Of a stretch of DNA of 64,000 nucleotides, positions 9,395-19,185 are shown in pieces. Position 1 is the stretch's first letter, and each line of letters starts with the position of its first letter. Under the pieces are notes generated by a model. It searched no databases. It was not told the DNA's origin and worked only from the letters and a program-made list of their open reading frames with translations. Made by a program: the position numbers and the translations under genes. This DNA is from Candidatus Latescibacterota bacterium (GTDB lineage Bacteria; Latescibacterota; UBA2968; UBA8231), in assembly GCA_965203175.1 (NCBI GenBank), contig OZ241867.1:4896001-4960000 (forward strand), given 5' to 3'.

Positions 9395-10621
9395 TCAAGG
9401 CGTTCCGCCGTGCCCCTGAGCCAAGTAGTCTTTCAGCAGTTGCGCGATTCTTGCTGCCGCATCTTGGCACAGCGGGGCCATAGGCTCCTTGCCGCCCGGA
9501 GTAGATTTCCGCACCGACACAGCCAAAGGCGGGTTCTGTTCAAAAAGAACTCTTCTTTCCGATAGGAGAATCAACTGCACTCCGATTTCGGCGACGCCGG
9601 AGGCGCGTCTTTCGGAATCCTGCCAGAAATTGAGCCTCATAATATCGAAAGCCAACTTGTAGTCGCCCTTCCAAGGAAAATACTGCATGGGCGACTCGCC
9701 AATCTGCTCGACCAAGGCGGCCACCAGCGACTGATGGAGATCGACCGTCTGCTCTTTTATGTATGATACATCAACAGTGCCGAAATAAGCGTAAAAGGGG
9801 CTGCCTGCCAGATTCTCTCCGCCGGCGATATACTGCTCCAGTCCTTGCTCGAATTGATGAGTACTGCGCCCGGCAATAAGCAGCCCCGACTCCGCCGGCA
9901 CTTGCGCGACAAATTCGCGTTCTCCCGCCGCAAACATCAGTGGCATACGGCCGCCCTTCTCATGATGGGGCACCGTAGTCGCATCGGCGGCAGCAACCGA
10001 GTGCAAGATCGCCCGGTGTTCATCCTCCAATAAGGTCTGCGCTAGAACGGGCATCTTCATCTTCTCCCCGGGGAACGACGCTGCGCTAAACGAATACCAT
10101 TTCGCTACGATCTCGCCGCTTCTGCGGTCCTTTAGCTCGTAGCGTGCCATAAGACCGCGCTGGGAGAGGATCTCCCGCTCACTCGTTTCCGCCACCCATG
10201 CGGGAATCGGCACATCGACAAAGTCTTTGGCCATTGCGCTCTCCTTCTCATGGCGCGCAAACCAAGCTCCGTACATACTCAACTCGTATGCCGGCTTTAG
10301 GTTGTAGGTTAGGGGGTCTTCGTAGCGCGTGACGTGTTCAAATAGCCCTGAACCCTCCACTTCCTGCAACAGTTTCCACTCCAAACCATTGGCCTCCCGA
10401 TTCGTGAGTGGGGTAAAAGCCCTCTTGGCCCCACGCCATGAGTACGGATTGGAATCTCTTGCTAGAACCAGAACTGCTATATTCCTTTCGTTCAGATTCT
10501 TGGACACTTTACCGCCGCCACTAACGGCGCAACTGTACAGACACCAAAATGTAACAGCGAAGAGGAAGATCAAATGGCTGTATCCTGTATGGTTGCGGTG
10601 CCAACCAAACAAAGGTCTCAT
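9395..10621 (-). CDS. Hypothetical protein, possible lipoprotein
   Basis: 408-aa ORF; hydrophobic N-terminal segment ending LYSC. Confidence 0.55.
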   Translation of the reverse strand: MRPLFGWHRNHTGYSHLIFLFAVTFWCLYSCAVSGGGKVSKNLNERNIAVLVLARDSNPYSWRGAKRAFTPLTNREANGLEWKLLQEVEGSGLFEHVTRYEDPLTYNLKPAYELSMYGAWFARHEKESAMAKDFVDVPIPAWVAETSEREILSQRGLMARYELKDRRSGEIVAKWYSFSAASFPGEKMKMPVLAQTLLEDEHRAILHSVAAADATTVPHHEKGGRMPLMFAAGEREFVAQVPAESGLLIAGRSTHQFEQGLEQYIAGGENLAGSPFYAYFGTVDVSYIKEQTVDLHQSLVAALVEQIGESPMQYFPWKGDYKLAFDIMRLNFWQDSERRASGVAEIGVQLILLSERRVLFEQNPPLAVSVRKSTPGGKEPMAPLCQDAAARIAQLLKDYLAQGHGGTP

Positions 10622-10882
10622 AGTTTACATCTCCGCTAAGGGAATAAGGCGTTTGCACAAAGCACGTCTATGAATAATCCTCTACGGTCGTAGCTTGATA
10701 TGTAAGTACATATTACAATCTGCGATGTATTGCAAACATCTACCTTCTGCCGCGAAGTAGGGCTGCCCTAATCCGGTGTCCTGCCTCCAAAAATAACCCC
10801 GCCACCGCCGGCTTATTGACTTTTTCCAAGCATCCACGTTCTTTGATTTTGTTCCCCTTTACCAACAGGAAAAGATCCTACT

Positions 10883-11155
10883 ATGACGACGCCCAAAACT
10901 AAAAAACGCAAACTTTTCAAACTCTTAGCCCCGCAGGCGGAAAGCGTTTACTTAGCCGCCTCCTTCAACGATTGGGATCCACAAGCCCGCCCGCTAAAAA
11001 AAGACGCCCAGGGCCTGTGGAAAACTTCGGTCACTTTGCCTCTGGGCAAGCACGAATACCGCTTTGTGGTCGATGGCGAATGGCGCGATGATCCGCAGTG
11101 CGAAGAGCGCCGTCCCAATCCCTTCGGCACCACCAACTGCATTTTACACGCCTGA
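10883..11155 (+). CDS. Glycogen-binding CBM48/isoamylase early-set domain protein
   Basis: APQAESVYLAASFNDW...GKHEYRFVVDGEW..DP...NPFGT. Confidence 0.85.
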   Translation: MTTPKTKKRKLFKLLAPQAESVYLAASFNDWDPQARPLKKDAQGLWKTSVTLPLGKHEYRFVVDGEWRDDPQCEERRPNPFGTTNCILHA

Positions 11156-11239
11156 TTCACCGCGTCTAAAGGCGTACCCCCTACGCTTCACGCATAAACA
11201 GCGCGTAAATCCCTCGCCGCGCCACGCAAAGTCTGAGCG

Positions 11240-12070
11240 TTATTCCCCGTCGCGAGGCCGGTATTCGCCGCGGGCGTTCCAGCCGGGATACTGCGCTTCC
11301 AAGGCGTCGAGCGTCTGACGGGTGTAGTATGGATGGTCGGGCGGTGGGAAGCGGAAGAGTTGGCGATCAGCGGCAGTGAGGCCGGCGATAAACTCGCAAA
11401 AGTGCGGGTTGCGACCCACGTGGGTGTAGTGCTCGACGCCTTCCCAATAGTGGTCGGCGCGACCATAGGCGAATTTCCAGATATAGCGCTGCCCGTCGGC
11501 GCGCCGGTAGTCGCTAGCGGCGTGCCAGGAGTAGTTGTGGAAGATGGCTACCGAGCCGCCAGGAGCGACCATTGGTTCAGCTCTGGCCGCGTCCTGGTGC
11601 TGGCCATCGCCATCGGCGACGAAGAGAGTCGGGGCCTGATCCTCTTCGACATCTTCGAGACAGAACCAGAAGTTGAGCTGGCTGTGGCGATGGTCGGATT
11701 CAGTGGGTGGCAGCAGCGAGTTGTTGCCATTGTCGATGTGGAACGGCCCACCCTTGCGGCCCGGATAGGAGACCAGACCCAGTCCGGGCCGATAGTGGAT
11801 TTGGTCGGTGCCGAGCCAGCGGCGGGCAAAGGCGATGGCCTCGCGATCGACAATGGCGCGGTTGAGGCATTGTTCGGGATAGGGAAAATAGCAGGAGCCG
11901 ATGCGATCGTCGGGTGGGTTGTCCGCGATTTCGTCCCAAGGTTTGAGGATGCGGCGCAGGGCGGCGGCCATGGCAGAGCGTTGGGCTTCGGGGAAGTAGT
12001 TGTGGACGATCACGTAGCCGCGCGTGGCAAGCGCTTCGAATACTTCGTCGCTTAGTCTTTGCTCCTGCAT
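11240..12070 (-). CDS. Phytanoyl-CoA dioxygenase (PhyH) family Fe/2OG dioxygenase
   Basis: RGYVIV, HID, WHAA facial-triad motifs; start MQEQ at 12070. Confidence 0.8.
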   Translation of the reverse strand: MQEQRLSDEVFEALATRGYVIVHNYFPEAQRSAMAAALRRILKPWDEIADNPPDDRIGSCYFPYPEQCLNRAIVDREAIAFARRWLGTDQIHYRPGLGLVSYPGRKGGPFHIDNGNNSLLPPTESDHRHSQLNFWFCLEDVEEDQAPTLFVADGDGQHQDAARAEPMVAPGGSVAIFHNYSWHAASDYRRADGQRYIWKFAYGRADHYWEGVEHYTHVGRNPHFCEFIAGLTAADRQLFRFPPPDHPYYTRQTLDALEAQYPGWNARGEYRPRDGE

Positions 12071-12081
12071 GATGCGTCCCT

Positions 12082-12396
12082 TCAGGCAACGTATTTCTGG
12101 ATGCCGACGATGAGCGCGATGCTCAGGGCCGTGATCAGCGCGACACCAACTAGCACGATGGTCAGAATCTTTCCCATAAACAGGTAGATTCCCAAGCCCA
12201 TCAGGATAGTCACCACTCCTATAAGAAATAGATAAAGCCCCACCCAACGGGCCAACCCGTCCTTGTCGGCGACCTGGTCCGACTTTAGACCGGAGATCAG
12301 GCCGACGCGCTTCTTAACCCCGATCAGATAGGCGATGACATAGAGCGGCAAGGCAGAGATCAGCATGATGAGGAAGATAAATAGGCCTGTGTCCAT
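12082..12396 (-). CDS. Small membrane protein (DUF3784-like)
   Basis: Three hydrophobic helices with KK...LISG and D..GL.RWVG pattern. Confidence 0.65.
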   Translation of the reverse strand: MDTGLFIFLIMLISALPLYVIAYLIGVKKRVGLISGLKSDQVADKDGLARWVGLYLFLIGVVTILMGLGIYLFMGKILTIVLVGVALITALSIALIVGIQKYVA

Positions 12397-12426
12397 CTGA
12401 GTATCCTTTCCATGGGTTGGGGGTTG

Positions 12427-14403
12427 TCACGACGGAAACGGCACGGGAATCCCATCACCATGCCACGGGAAAGCGTAGCTTGGCGTATTGCAGAAGCGGT
12501 CCAGTCCAGCTCCGACGCGAATCGCAGTAGAAGGTGGCAGTTCCACCGAGAAGTACTTCCCTTCTACAGTAGCCGCCACCTCGCCATCCTTCCCTGCGGC
12601 GCGGTATTTGAGCTGCGTAAAGCGATGCTCGCCAAAGGCACCGGCCTGTACAATGAGGCGGCGCGTATCGTGCCGCGACGTGTTGACGAGTTGGACACCG
12701 ACCACGTCCGGCCCCAGTTCATCCACCAAGGCGGCCACGTCTAAAGGTAGCCCCGGCCGCAGGCGGTCGGCGTCGAAGTAGCGCACCGTAGCGCGTAGCA
12801 GGCCGCCGTTATAGACCGACTGCGGCGCCCCCAGCGTCACTTGGGTCAGCCCCTTGGTCAATACCGGCTGCGATGGGAGTCGGTTGGTGGCGATGATTTC
12901 TATGGGACTGCGCGCGTCGGCGCGCATGGTCTCGTAGGTCTCCAGAGCCTGCTGGTACTCCGCCCGCAAAATCTGCTCCGGCCAGCCCGGATTCTTGCCA
13001 TCGTAGTACTGGAAGCGGGCGAATTCAGTATTGCCCCAGTTTTTCTCTCCTAGGGCTGTCCCCACGTCGTTCCAGTCGCGCTCCACGTCGCCGTCGCGCA
13101 CCAAGGTAATGAGTTCGTAGTCCTCCCGGGCCATAGAGGCGTGGTACAGATGCATGATGTCCTGACCCCGCAGCGGAGTGGGTTCCAGCCAGTAGCCCCG
13201 CATCTCAATGCCGTCGCTTACGTGCAGCCCCGGCGCTGGATTCCAGTCCCAGCCATCCGGCCCGTAGCGCACCGGCACGAGGAATTGCCCGCCCTCCCGC
13301 TTCCTGCCGTTATCGACTTGCAGCTTGATTTGCGAGCGCAAAAAGTCGAGGTATCCGCTATCGCCGGTGAGCAGTTGGGCGCATTCGACTGCGATATTGA
13401 TGCCGTGGTACATGATGTTGTAGCCCTGGTAGTGGTTCCAGCCGTACTGGCCACCCCACCACACGCCTTCGCGTCCCCCACCGATGACGCCTTTAGCATC
13501 GACGTTGTCTGGGCAAATACCGCCGTTTTTCTCCGTGCGCTCCATCCACGCCTCAGTGTAGTCGAGAACCCACTGTTTGTACTTGTCGTCGCCGGTGTAC
13601 AAATAGGCATTGGCCACCAGCGCAGTAGCCGCCAAACTGTTGGGCGTGTCGCACTGCAAGACGAGCCGGTCGAACAGATCGACGATCTGCTTGCGCCGCG
13701 CTGGATTTTCAAACCAGCGGGTCTCCAAGTTTTTGACGATGGGATACAGACTGGCGCGCACTCCGTAGTAGTTGGCCTGTCCGCCCAAGCCGCGCCCGGC
13801 CAGCAGCATGGTGTTGGCGTATTCCGCGTCCGCGTGGAGCTTAGGTCCTTGACTCGAATGGAAGGGCGAGCGCAGGATGCGGTATTCGGGGTCCCAGTTG
13901 GGGGCTTGGGGGTCCTCGCCGATGAACATGGCCGCAAAGCTCCGCGCCCGCCGCATGTTTTCCGATACCGTGGGGTCGGCCACCCCAAAGTCGTAAAAGG
14001 CCATATTGCCCTCGCCCAAGTGGTGCCACTCCATGGCTTGTTCGAGATTCCAGAACTCGTTGTGGACGGACGGACGGAAGACCTTCTTGTGGTCGTTGTA
14101 GCGCGTACGGTGATTGATGCGATCGTCGCTGATGCGGGTGACGGCGTTCCAGTTGCGGAAGTGGAGGTCGAGCAAATCATCGGCCGCGCCAATCGCGTAG
14201 AACAGGCCGAAGTTGTACACCTGTTCGTAGAGGTCATCCACATCCTCAGCCAACAAGGTGCCGCCACCGCGCTCAAAGTACTGCCGGGCGAACAAGCGAC
14301 CCGACTCCTCCATCAGCGCGATCAAATTTCGCTCCATCAAGGCCCACGCCGGCGGAGCCGCGACCTCGGTCGCCTCGATCTTGATCATACTATTTGCTGC
14401 CAT
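12427..14403 (-). CDS. Conserved-looking hypothetical protein, 658 aa, probable enzyme
   Basis: Long ORF with RBS GGAGG; DDLYE, WHHLGEG, WWGGQYGW, IVQAGAFGEH motifs. Confidence 0.65.
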   Translation of the reverse strand: MAANSMIKIEATEVAAPPAWALMERNLIALMEESGRLFARQYFERGGGTLLAEDVDDLYEQVYNFGLFYAIGAADDLLDLHFRNWNAVTRISDDRINHRTRYNDHKKVFRPSVHNEFWNLEQAMEWHHLGEGNMAFYDFGVADPTVSENMRRARSFAAMFIGEDPQAPNWDPEYRILRSPFHSSQGPKLHADAEYANTMLLAGRGLGGQANYYGVRASLYPIVKNLETRWFENPARRKQIVDLFDRLVLQCDTPNSLAATALVANAYLYTGDDKYKQWVLDYTEAWMERTEKNGGICPDNVDAKGVIGGGREGVWWGGQYGWNHYQGYNIMYHGINIAVECAQLLTGDSGYLDFLRSQIKLQVDNGRKREGGQFLVPVRYGPDGWDWNPAPGLHVSDGIEMRGYWLEPTPLRGQDIMHLYHASMAREDYELITLVRDGDVERDWNDVGTALGEKNWGNTEFARFQYYDGKNPGWPEQILRAEYQQALETYETMRADARSPIEIIATNRLPSQPVLTKGLTQVTLGAPQSVYNGGLLRATVRYFDADRLRPGLPLDVAALVDELGPDVVGVQLVNTSRHDTRRLIVQAGAFGEHRFTQLKYRAAGKDGEVAATVEGKYFSVELPPSTAIRVGAGLDRFCNTPSYAFPWHGDGIPVPFPS

Positions 14404-14523
14404 CGCCTACTGCCTCCTGTGCGAGAAAAGGTCGGACGTAATTCTAGGCGGCGGTACACGCGCGGGCAAGCGGCCGTTTCATCCGCTTGGCCGCTCCAGA
14501 CACATCCGTTACCTTAAAATCCC

Positions 14524-15309
14524 ATGAATAGTAAAGACTACCTACACGCCCTCTTCGGCTGTCAGGGTCGCAAAGCCATCGTCACGGGAGCCTCCAGCGG
14601 CTTAGGAGCCGAAATGACCCGCGTCCTCGTCTCGGCAGGAGCTGATGTCCTCGCCGTCGCCCGCCGCCAAGAGCGCCTTGAAGCACTGGCCAACGAATTG
14701 CAAGACCGCGCCGGAACCATCCACGCACACGCGGCTGACCTCAGCGACAACGCCGCCATCGCCGCCCTGCCCGAGCAAGCGCGCGAGCAACTCGGCGGCT
14801 GCGATATCTTGGTCGCCAATGCCGGCACAGCCACCCGCGTCCGCCTCGAAGATATGGCCGAGCAAGACTTTGCCGCGGTCGTCGATCTCAATCTCAAAGC
14901 CCAATGGCTGCTCGCCAAAGCCTGCTTCCCCTTGCTCCGCCAATCTGAAGCCGGCCGCATTGTCAACATCGCCTCAATCTACGGATTGAGAGCCTCGGTA
15001 ATCAACGGCCTGAGTGCCTACACAATCAGCAAGCACGGACTCGTGGGGCTGACGCGCTCGCAGGCGGTGGAATGGAGCAGACACAGCATCACTGCAAACG
15101 CCATCGCCCCCAGTTATTTCCCCACCGAAATGACCGAGACCGCCCTCGACAACGAGAAGATGAGCACTCGGCTGCGCACCTTTACGCCGCAGGGACGCTT
15201 TGGCCAACCTGCAGAGCTGGCCACCGCCCTACTCTTCTTGTGCTCAAAGGCCAGTGGCTACGTCAACGGAACCATCGTACCAGTGGACGGCGGCTGGACG
15301 GCGTGGTGA
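14524..15309 (+). CDS. Short-chain dehydrogenase/reductase
   Basis: TGASSGLG, NAG, YTISK catalytic motif, VDGG. Confidence 0.9.
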   Translation: MNSKDYLHALFGCQGRKAIVTGASSGLGAEMTRVLVSAGADVLAVARRQERLEALANELQDRAGTIHAHAADLSDNAAIAALPEQAREQLGGCDILVANAGTATRVRLEDMAEQDFAAVVDLNLKAQWLLAKACFPLLRQSEAGRIVNIASIYGLRASVINGLSAYTISKHGLVGLTRSQAVEWSRHSITANAIAPSYFPTEMTETALDNEKMSTRLRTFTPQGRFGQPAELATALLFLCSKASGYVNGTIVPVDGGWTAW

Positions 15310-15331
15310 TGCACGCCACTGGGAATTGATT

Positions 15332-16315
15332 ATGAAAAAGCGAATCCTCGGCCGCACGGGGCTAGCCGTGAGCGAGCTGTCGCTCGGCGGGCTTTTTGTC
15401 TCGTCCCATGGCGCGGCCTTCGAGCAGAGCAAGCAGGCCGTGCTGCGAGCTCTCGAATTAGGGGTCAATTACATCGACACCGCACCGACCTATTTCGACA
15501 GCGAAGAGGTCTTGGGCAAGGCATTGGAAGGCGTGGAAACGCCCTTTTACCTTTCGACCAAGATCGGGGGACGCCTTACCCCCTTCCTGCCGCAGGATCC
15601 TGCCTGCTTGCGGCGCTCGGTGGAGGAAAGCCTAGCGCGCCTCAAGCGCGATCGCGTCGATATCCTGATGGTCCACGAGCCAGACCGGCCAAGGATGTAC
15701 GATTGGTGGGCCGACGAGGAATACAACGGCCCAGTGTTAGAGGTTCTAGACGAACTCAAGCAGGAAGGTCTCGTCGATTACATCGGCCTAGGATCAACCA
15801 CGGCCTACCACATCGAGCCCATTATCCGCACGGGCCGCTTCGACATCCTGCTCACCGCCCTCAACTACAGCCTGCTTTGGCGCGAGGCCGCACACTGCGC
15901 CTTGCCAGCGGCGCACGAACACAACATGGGCATCGTCATCGGCTCGCCGCTGCAAATGGGCGCGCTATCCCCGGCCCACGAGGAAGAAATACGGCGAGGA
16001 GTACTGTGGCTGGGCCGGCCGCGCCAGCAACAGTTTTGCGCTCTCTACGACTTTGCCCGCGAAGTTGGTATTTCCCTGCCCGAACTAAGCCTGCGCTTCG
16101 TGCTCTCCGACCCGCGCGTCTCCTGCGCCCTGATGGGAGCTCGCTCGCAGGCGGAGGTCGAAGAGAACGCCGCTGCGGTCGCCAACGGCCCCTTGAGCAG
16201 CGAAGTACTGGCCCGACTCGACGAAATCGCCGCCATGGTGCCCTTCCGACCTTGCGAAGAGCCCTTCGTCCTGCCGCTAGGCCGGACGTATGCTGGGCTG
16301 GGACAGGCCCGATAG
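15332..16315 (+). CDS. Aldo/keto reductase
   Basis: RILGRTGLAVSELSLG, GVNYIDTAPTY, STK, SLARLKRDRVD. Confidence 0.9.
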   Translation: MKKRILGRTGLAVSELSLGGLFVSSHGAAFEQSKQAVLRALELGVNYIDTAPTYFDSEEVLGKALEGVETPFYLSTKIGGRLTPFLPQDPACLRRSVEESLARLKRDRVDILMVHEPDRPRMYDWWADEEYNGPVLEVLDELKQEGLVDYIGLGSTTAYHIEPIIRTGRFDILLTALNYSLLWREAAHCALPAAHEHNMGIVIGSPLQMGALSPAHEEEIRRGVLWLGRPRQQQFCALYDFAREVGISLPELSLRFVLSDPRVSCALMGARSQAEVEENAAAVANGPLSSEVLARLDEIAAMVPFRPCEEPFVLPLGRTYAGLGQAR

Positions 16316-16322
16316 AGATCAC

Positions 16323-17039
16323 TTAGACCGGCGGCGCTTCCAGAAAGACGCGCACCCCCATATCGGCGTAGCGCGACCGGCTCTCGGCCGTGCCATTGCG
16401 GAAACAGACTGCGGTATCCGTGCCCTGCAAGGCCTCGACCACGTGGCGCACGCAATCGTCAACGCTTTTGAGATGAGGATGTCCCCGGTGGTTTAGATCC
16501 ATTTGCAGGTCAGTAGGGCCAAAAGAGAGGCAATCGACCCCGGGCCGCGCCAAGTTGAATGCACTGGTCGCGGCCGCCACCGATTCGACTTGCAGCCACA
16601 ACACCCCGTACTGGTTCCACCAATCTGCATACGCCTGGGGGCCGCCGCTCGTGTCGCCGACGCGGGCACCACCGCCGTGGCTGCGTACCCCTTGCGGCAA
16701 GTAATAGAAATTGGCCACGGCCTCTTCAGCGGTCGCCACGGTCTCCACTTGGGGGACCTCGATCCCCGAAGGCCCTAAGTCCAAGCAGTTGCCGATCAGG
16801 TAGGTGTGGCGAGTGTGCTTGATGCGAAAGTGCAGCGGCAAGTCGAACTCCCCAATCATGCCCGCCAACGCGACCAAGCGGTCTTCGCTATAGGGCGAGT
16901 GCTGGCTATCGACAAAGACAAAATCGCACGCGCCCAATTCGGCGATGCGCTTGAAGGCATCGCGCTCGATATCGCCGCGAATGCCAAACCCCACCACCTG
17001 TTCGTCCTGCTTGATCTTCTGCTTCACATTCGCTGCCAT
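16323..17039 (-). CDS. HpcH/HpaI aldolase/citrate lyase family protein
   Basis: DFVFVDSQH, LDLGPSGIEVP, QVES, FGPTDL. Confidence 0.8.
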   Translation of the reverse strand: MAANVKQKIKQDEQVVGFGIRGDIERDAFKRIAELGACDFVFVDSQHSPYSEDRLVALAGMIGEFDLPLHFRIKHTRHTYLIGNCLDLGPSGIEVPQVETVATAEEAVANFYYLPQGVRSHGGGARVGDTSGGPQAYADWWNQYGVLWLQVESVAAATSAFNLARPGVDCLSFGPTDLQMDLNHRGHPHLKSVDDCVRHVVEALQGTDTAVCFRNGTAESRSRYADMGVRVFLEAPPV

Positions 17040-17075
17040 GCTCGCGTCTCCTTTAAGAGAGTGCCAATGCCTCGA

Positions 17076-17957
17076 TTAGGCGTATAGTCCGAATATGCTA
17101 GCCGCCAACCAGAGCAGGGTGTTGACCTGCAAAGGCCGATCACTCCAAACGACTGTCGTAGGATCATCCCCCTGTCCTCGGTGGTACACTAGATAGAGAT
17201 AACGCAACACGCCGTAGAGCACAAAGGGAATCGTCCACTGCATTTGTGTGCCCTCTGCCCCTACTCCCATCGCGTACAGCGCGTAGCAGACTATGGTCAC
17301 CGCCGTGAGGACGGCGATCATCTGGTCTAGAAAGGGCACGCTGTATTCTGCGAGGATAGCGCGGTGATTCGCGGCACCATCCGCCAGTTGCACGATTTCC
17401 TGCCGGCGCTTGACCGCCGCAATGAAGAGCACCAGCGCGAAGATACAGACGATAAACCACGTGGAGATGGACACCTCAATAACCACGCCGCCGCCGACGG
17501 CTCGCAGCAGGTAACACGCGGCCACGATCAGCACATCCACCAACACCACGTGTTTGAGCCGGAGCGAGTACGCCGCGTTGAGCACCGCGTAGAGCACGGC
17601 TACCCACCCCAAATGGGGGTGCAGCCAAAACGCGCACGCCAACGCAAGGGCCAACGCGACCAAAGCCGCCCCCCAAGCCAACGCGACGGATAGGTGTCCG
17701 GCGGCAATCGGCCGGTGACATTTTTCGGGATGCAGGCGGTCGTACTGGCGGTCGAAGATGTCGTTGAACAAATAGACGCCCCCGCTCAACAAGACGAAGC
17801 AGAGGGCCGCCCCTAAGCTGTGTACTAAATAGGAAAGTTCAAAAAGGTGTTCGGAAAATACGAGGGCGGGAAAGACGAAAATATTCTTGATCCACTGCCG
17901 GGGGCGCATGGACCACAGGATGTAGTAGAGCGACAAAACAGGGCTATGCTTCTGCAC
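17076..17957 (-). CDS. UbiA-family prenyltransferase (decaprenyl-phosphate phosphoribosyltransferase-like)
   Basis: RPRQWIKN, YLFNDIFD...DRLHPEK..RPIAAG, KRRQE. Confidence 0.85.
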   Translation of the reverse strand: MQKHSPVLSLYYILWSMRPRQWIKNIFVFPALVFSEHLFELSYLVHSLGAALCFVLLSGGVYLFNDIFDRQYDRLHPEKCHRPIAAGHLSVALAWGAALVALALALACAFWLHPHLGWVAVLYAVLNAAYSLRLKHVVLVDVLIVAACYLLRAVGGGVVIEVSISTWFIVCIFALVLFIAAVKRRQEIVQLADGAANHRAILAEYSVPFLDQMIAVLTAVTIVCYALYAMGVGAEGTQMQWTIPFVLYGVLRYLYLVYHRGQGDDPTTVVWSDRPLQVNTLLWLAASIFGLYA

Positions 17958-17977
17958 AACCGGAGAGCAGAGGCCGT

Positions 17978-18538
17978 TCAGACCTCCATGATCTCCTTTT
18001 CCTTGTTCTCGATGATCCCGTCGATAGAGGCTACGTATTCAGCAGTCAACTCCTGCACCCTTTTCTGCGCGCTGCGCGACTCGTCCTCAGAGATGTCCCC
18101 GTCCTTTTGCGCTTCCTGGAGCAAGTCTATCCCGTCGCGTCGCGCGTGTCGCACTGCGACCCGCCCCTCCTCGGCGCGGTGCCGGGCGACTTTGGTGATT
18201 TCCACCCGACGCTCCTCAGTCAGTTCGGGAATGGGCAGTCGGATGATAGTGCCGTCGTTGGCTGGGTTAAGCCCCAAGCTCTTGTCGGCGAGAATGGCTT
18301 TTTCAATCACGGGAATCAGGGACGCCTCCCAAGGCTTGATCGCCAACAAACGCGACTCGGGGACACTGATCGTCGCCACTTGGTTGAGCGGTGTTTGTTG
18401 ACCGTAGTAATCCACCCGCACGTTGTCGAGCATGGCCACCGAGGCCCGCCCCGTGCGGATAGAGGCTAAGTCGCGGCGCAGGGACTCGATGGCCTTATCC
18501 ATAGCCTCTTGTACTGTTTCAATGATCTCTTCCAACAT
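17978..18538 (-). CDS. frr: Ribosome recycling factor
   Basis: IRTGRAS, VDYYG..TPLNQVA, LTEERR, KEKEIMEV. Confidence 0.97.
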   Translation of the reverse strand: MLEEIIETVQEAMDKAIESLRRDLASIRTGRASVAMLDNVRVDYYGQQTPLNQVATISVPESRLLAIKPWEASLIPVIEKAILADKSLGLNPANDGTIIRLPIPELTEERRVEITKVARHRAEEGRVAVRHARRDGIDLLQEAQKDGDISEDESRSAQKRVQELTAEYVASIDGIIENKEKEIMEV

Positions 18539-18552
18539 GGCGGCCTCAATGC

Positions 18553-19155
18553 TCAGACGTCTTCTCCCAAGACGAACCGCTCAAAGCGACGCACGGTAAT
18601 TTTTTCGCCGATTTTGGCAGTTATCTCGGTGACTAATTCGCCAATGGTCTGATCGGGATTTTTGACGAAGACCTGTTCCATTAGGCAGTTTTCCTGATAG
18701 AACTTCTCCATCCGGCCCTCGACGATTTTCTCGGCAATGTGTTCGGGCTTGCCCTCGTTTTTGGCCTGTTCGAGGAAGATGGCTCGCTCCCTTTCCGCCG
18801 CGTCGGCGGGAACGCCCTCCCGATCAACCGCTAAAGGCTGGGAGGCGGCAATGTGCATGGCCACATCCTTGGCGAACTCTTGGAAGTCGTCGGTGCGGGC
18901 GACGAAGTCGGTTTCGCAGTTGACCTCTAGCAACACGCCGAGGCGGCTGCCCTGGTGAATATACGCTTGGATCAGCCCCTCGCTGGCGTCGCGGCCAGCT
19001 CGCTTCTCCACGGCGGACAGCCCCTGCTTGCGCAAGTACTCAATAGCCTTCTCGCTGTCGCCACCGGTCTCTTGTAGGGCCTTCTTGCAATCCATCATGC
19101 CCAAGCCCGTCTTCTGCCGGAGCATTCGAACGCTTTGTGCGGTAATCTGAGTCAT
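18553..19155 (-). CDS. tsf: Elongation factor Ts (short ~200-aa form)
   Basis: LRQKTGLGMMDCKKAL, EVNCETDFVA. Confidence 0.97.
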   Translation of the reverse strand: MTQITAQSVRMLRQKTGLGMMDCKKALQETGGDSEKAIEYLRKQGLSAVEKRAGRDASEGLIQAYIHQGSRLGVLLEVNCETDFVARTDDFQEFAKDVAMHIAASQPLAVDREGVPADAAERERAIFLEQAKNEGKPEHIAEKIVEGRMEKFYQENCLMEQVFVKNPDQTIGELVTEITAKIGEKITVRRFERFVLGEDV

Positions 19156-19185
19156 CGTGGTTTGCTTTCAAAAGTAGTGATCTGG

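Noticed and set aside
13141-14517. Long plus-strand ORF (458 aa) and many similar 100-350 aa overlapping ORFs
   Set aside because: Antisense or alternate-frame shadows of well-supported genes in GC-rich DNA; no motifs.
17059-17067. GAGTGCCAA resembling half of a CIRCE element
   Set aside because: No matching left arm and not upstream of a chaperone gene.
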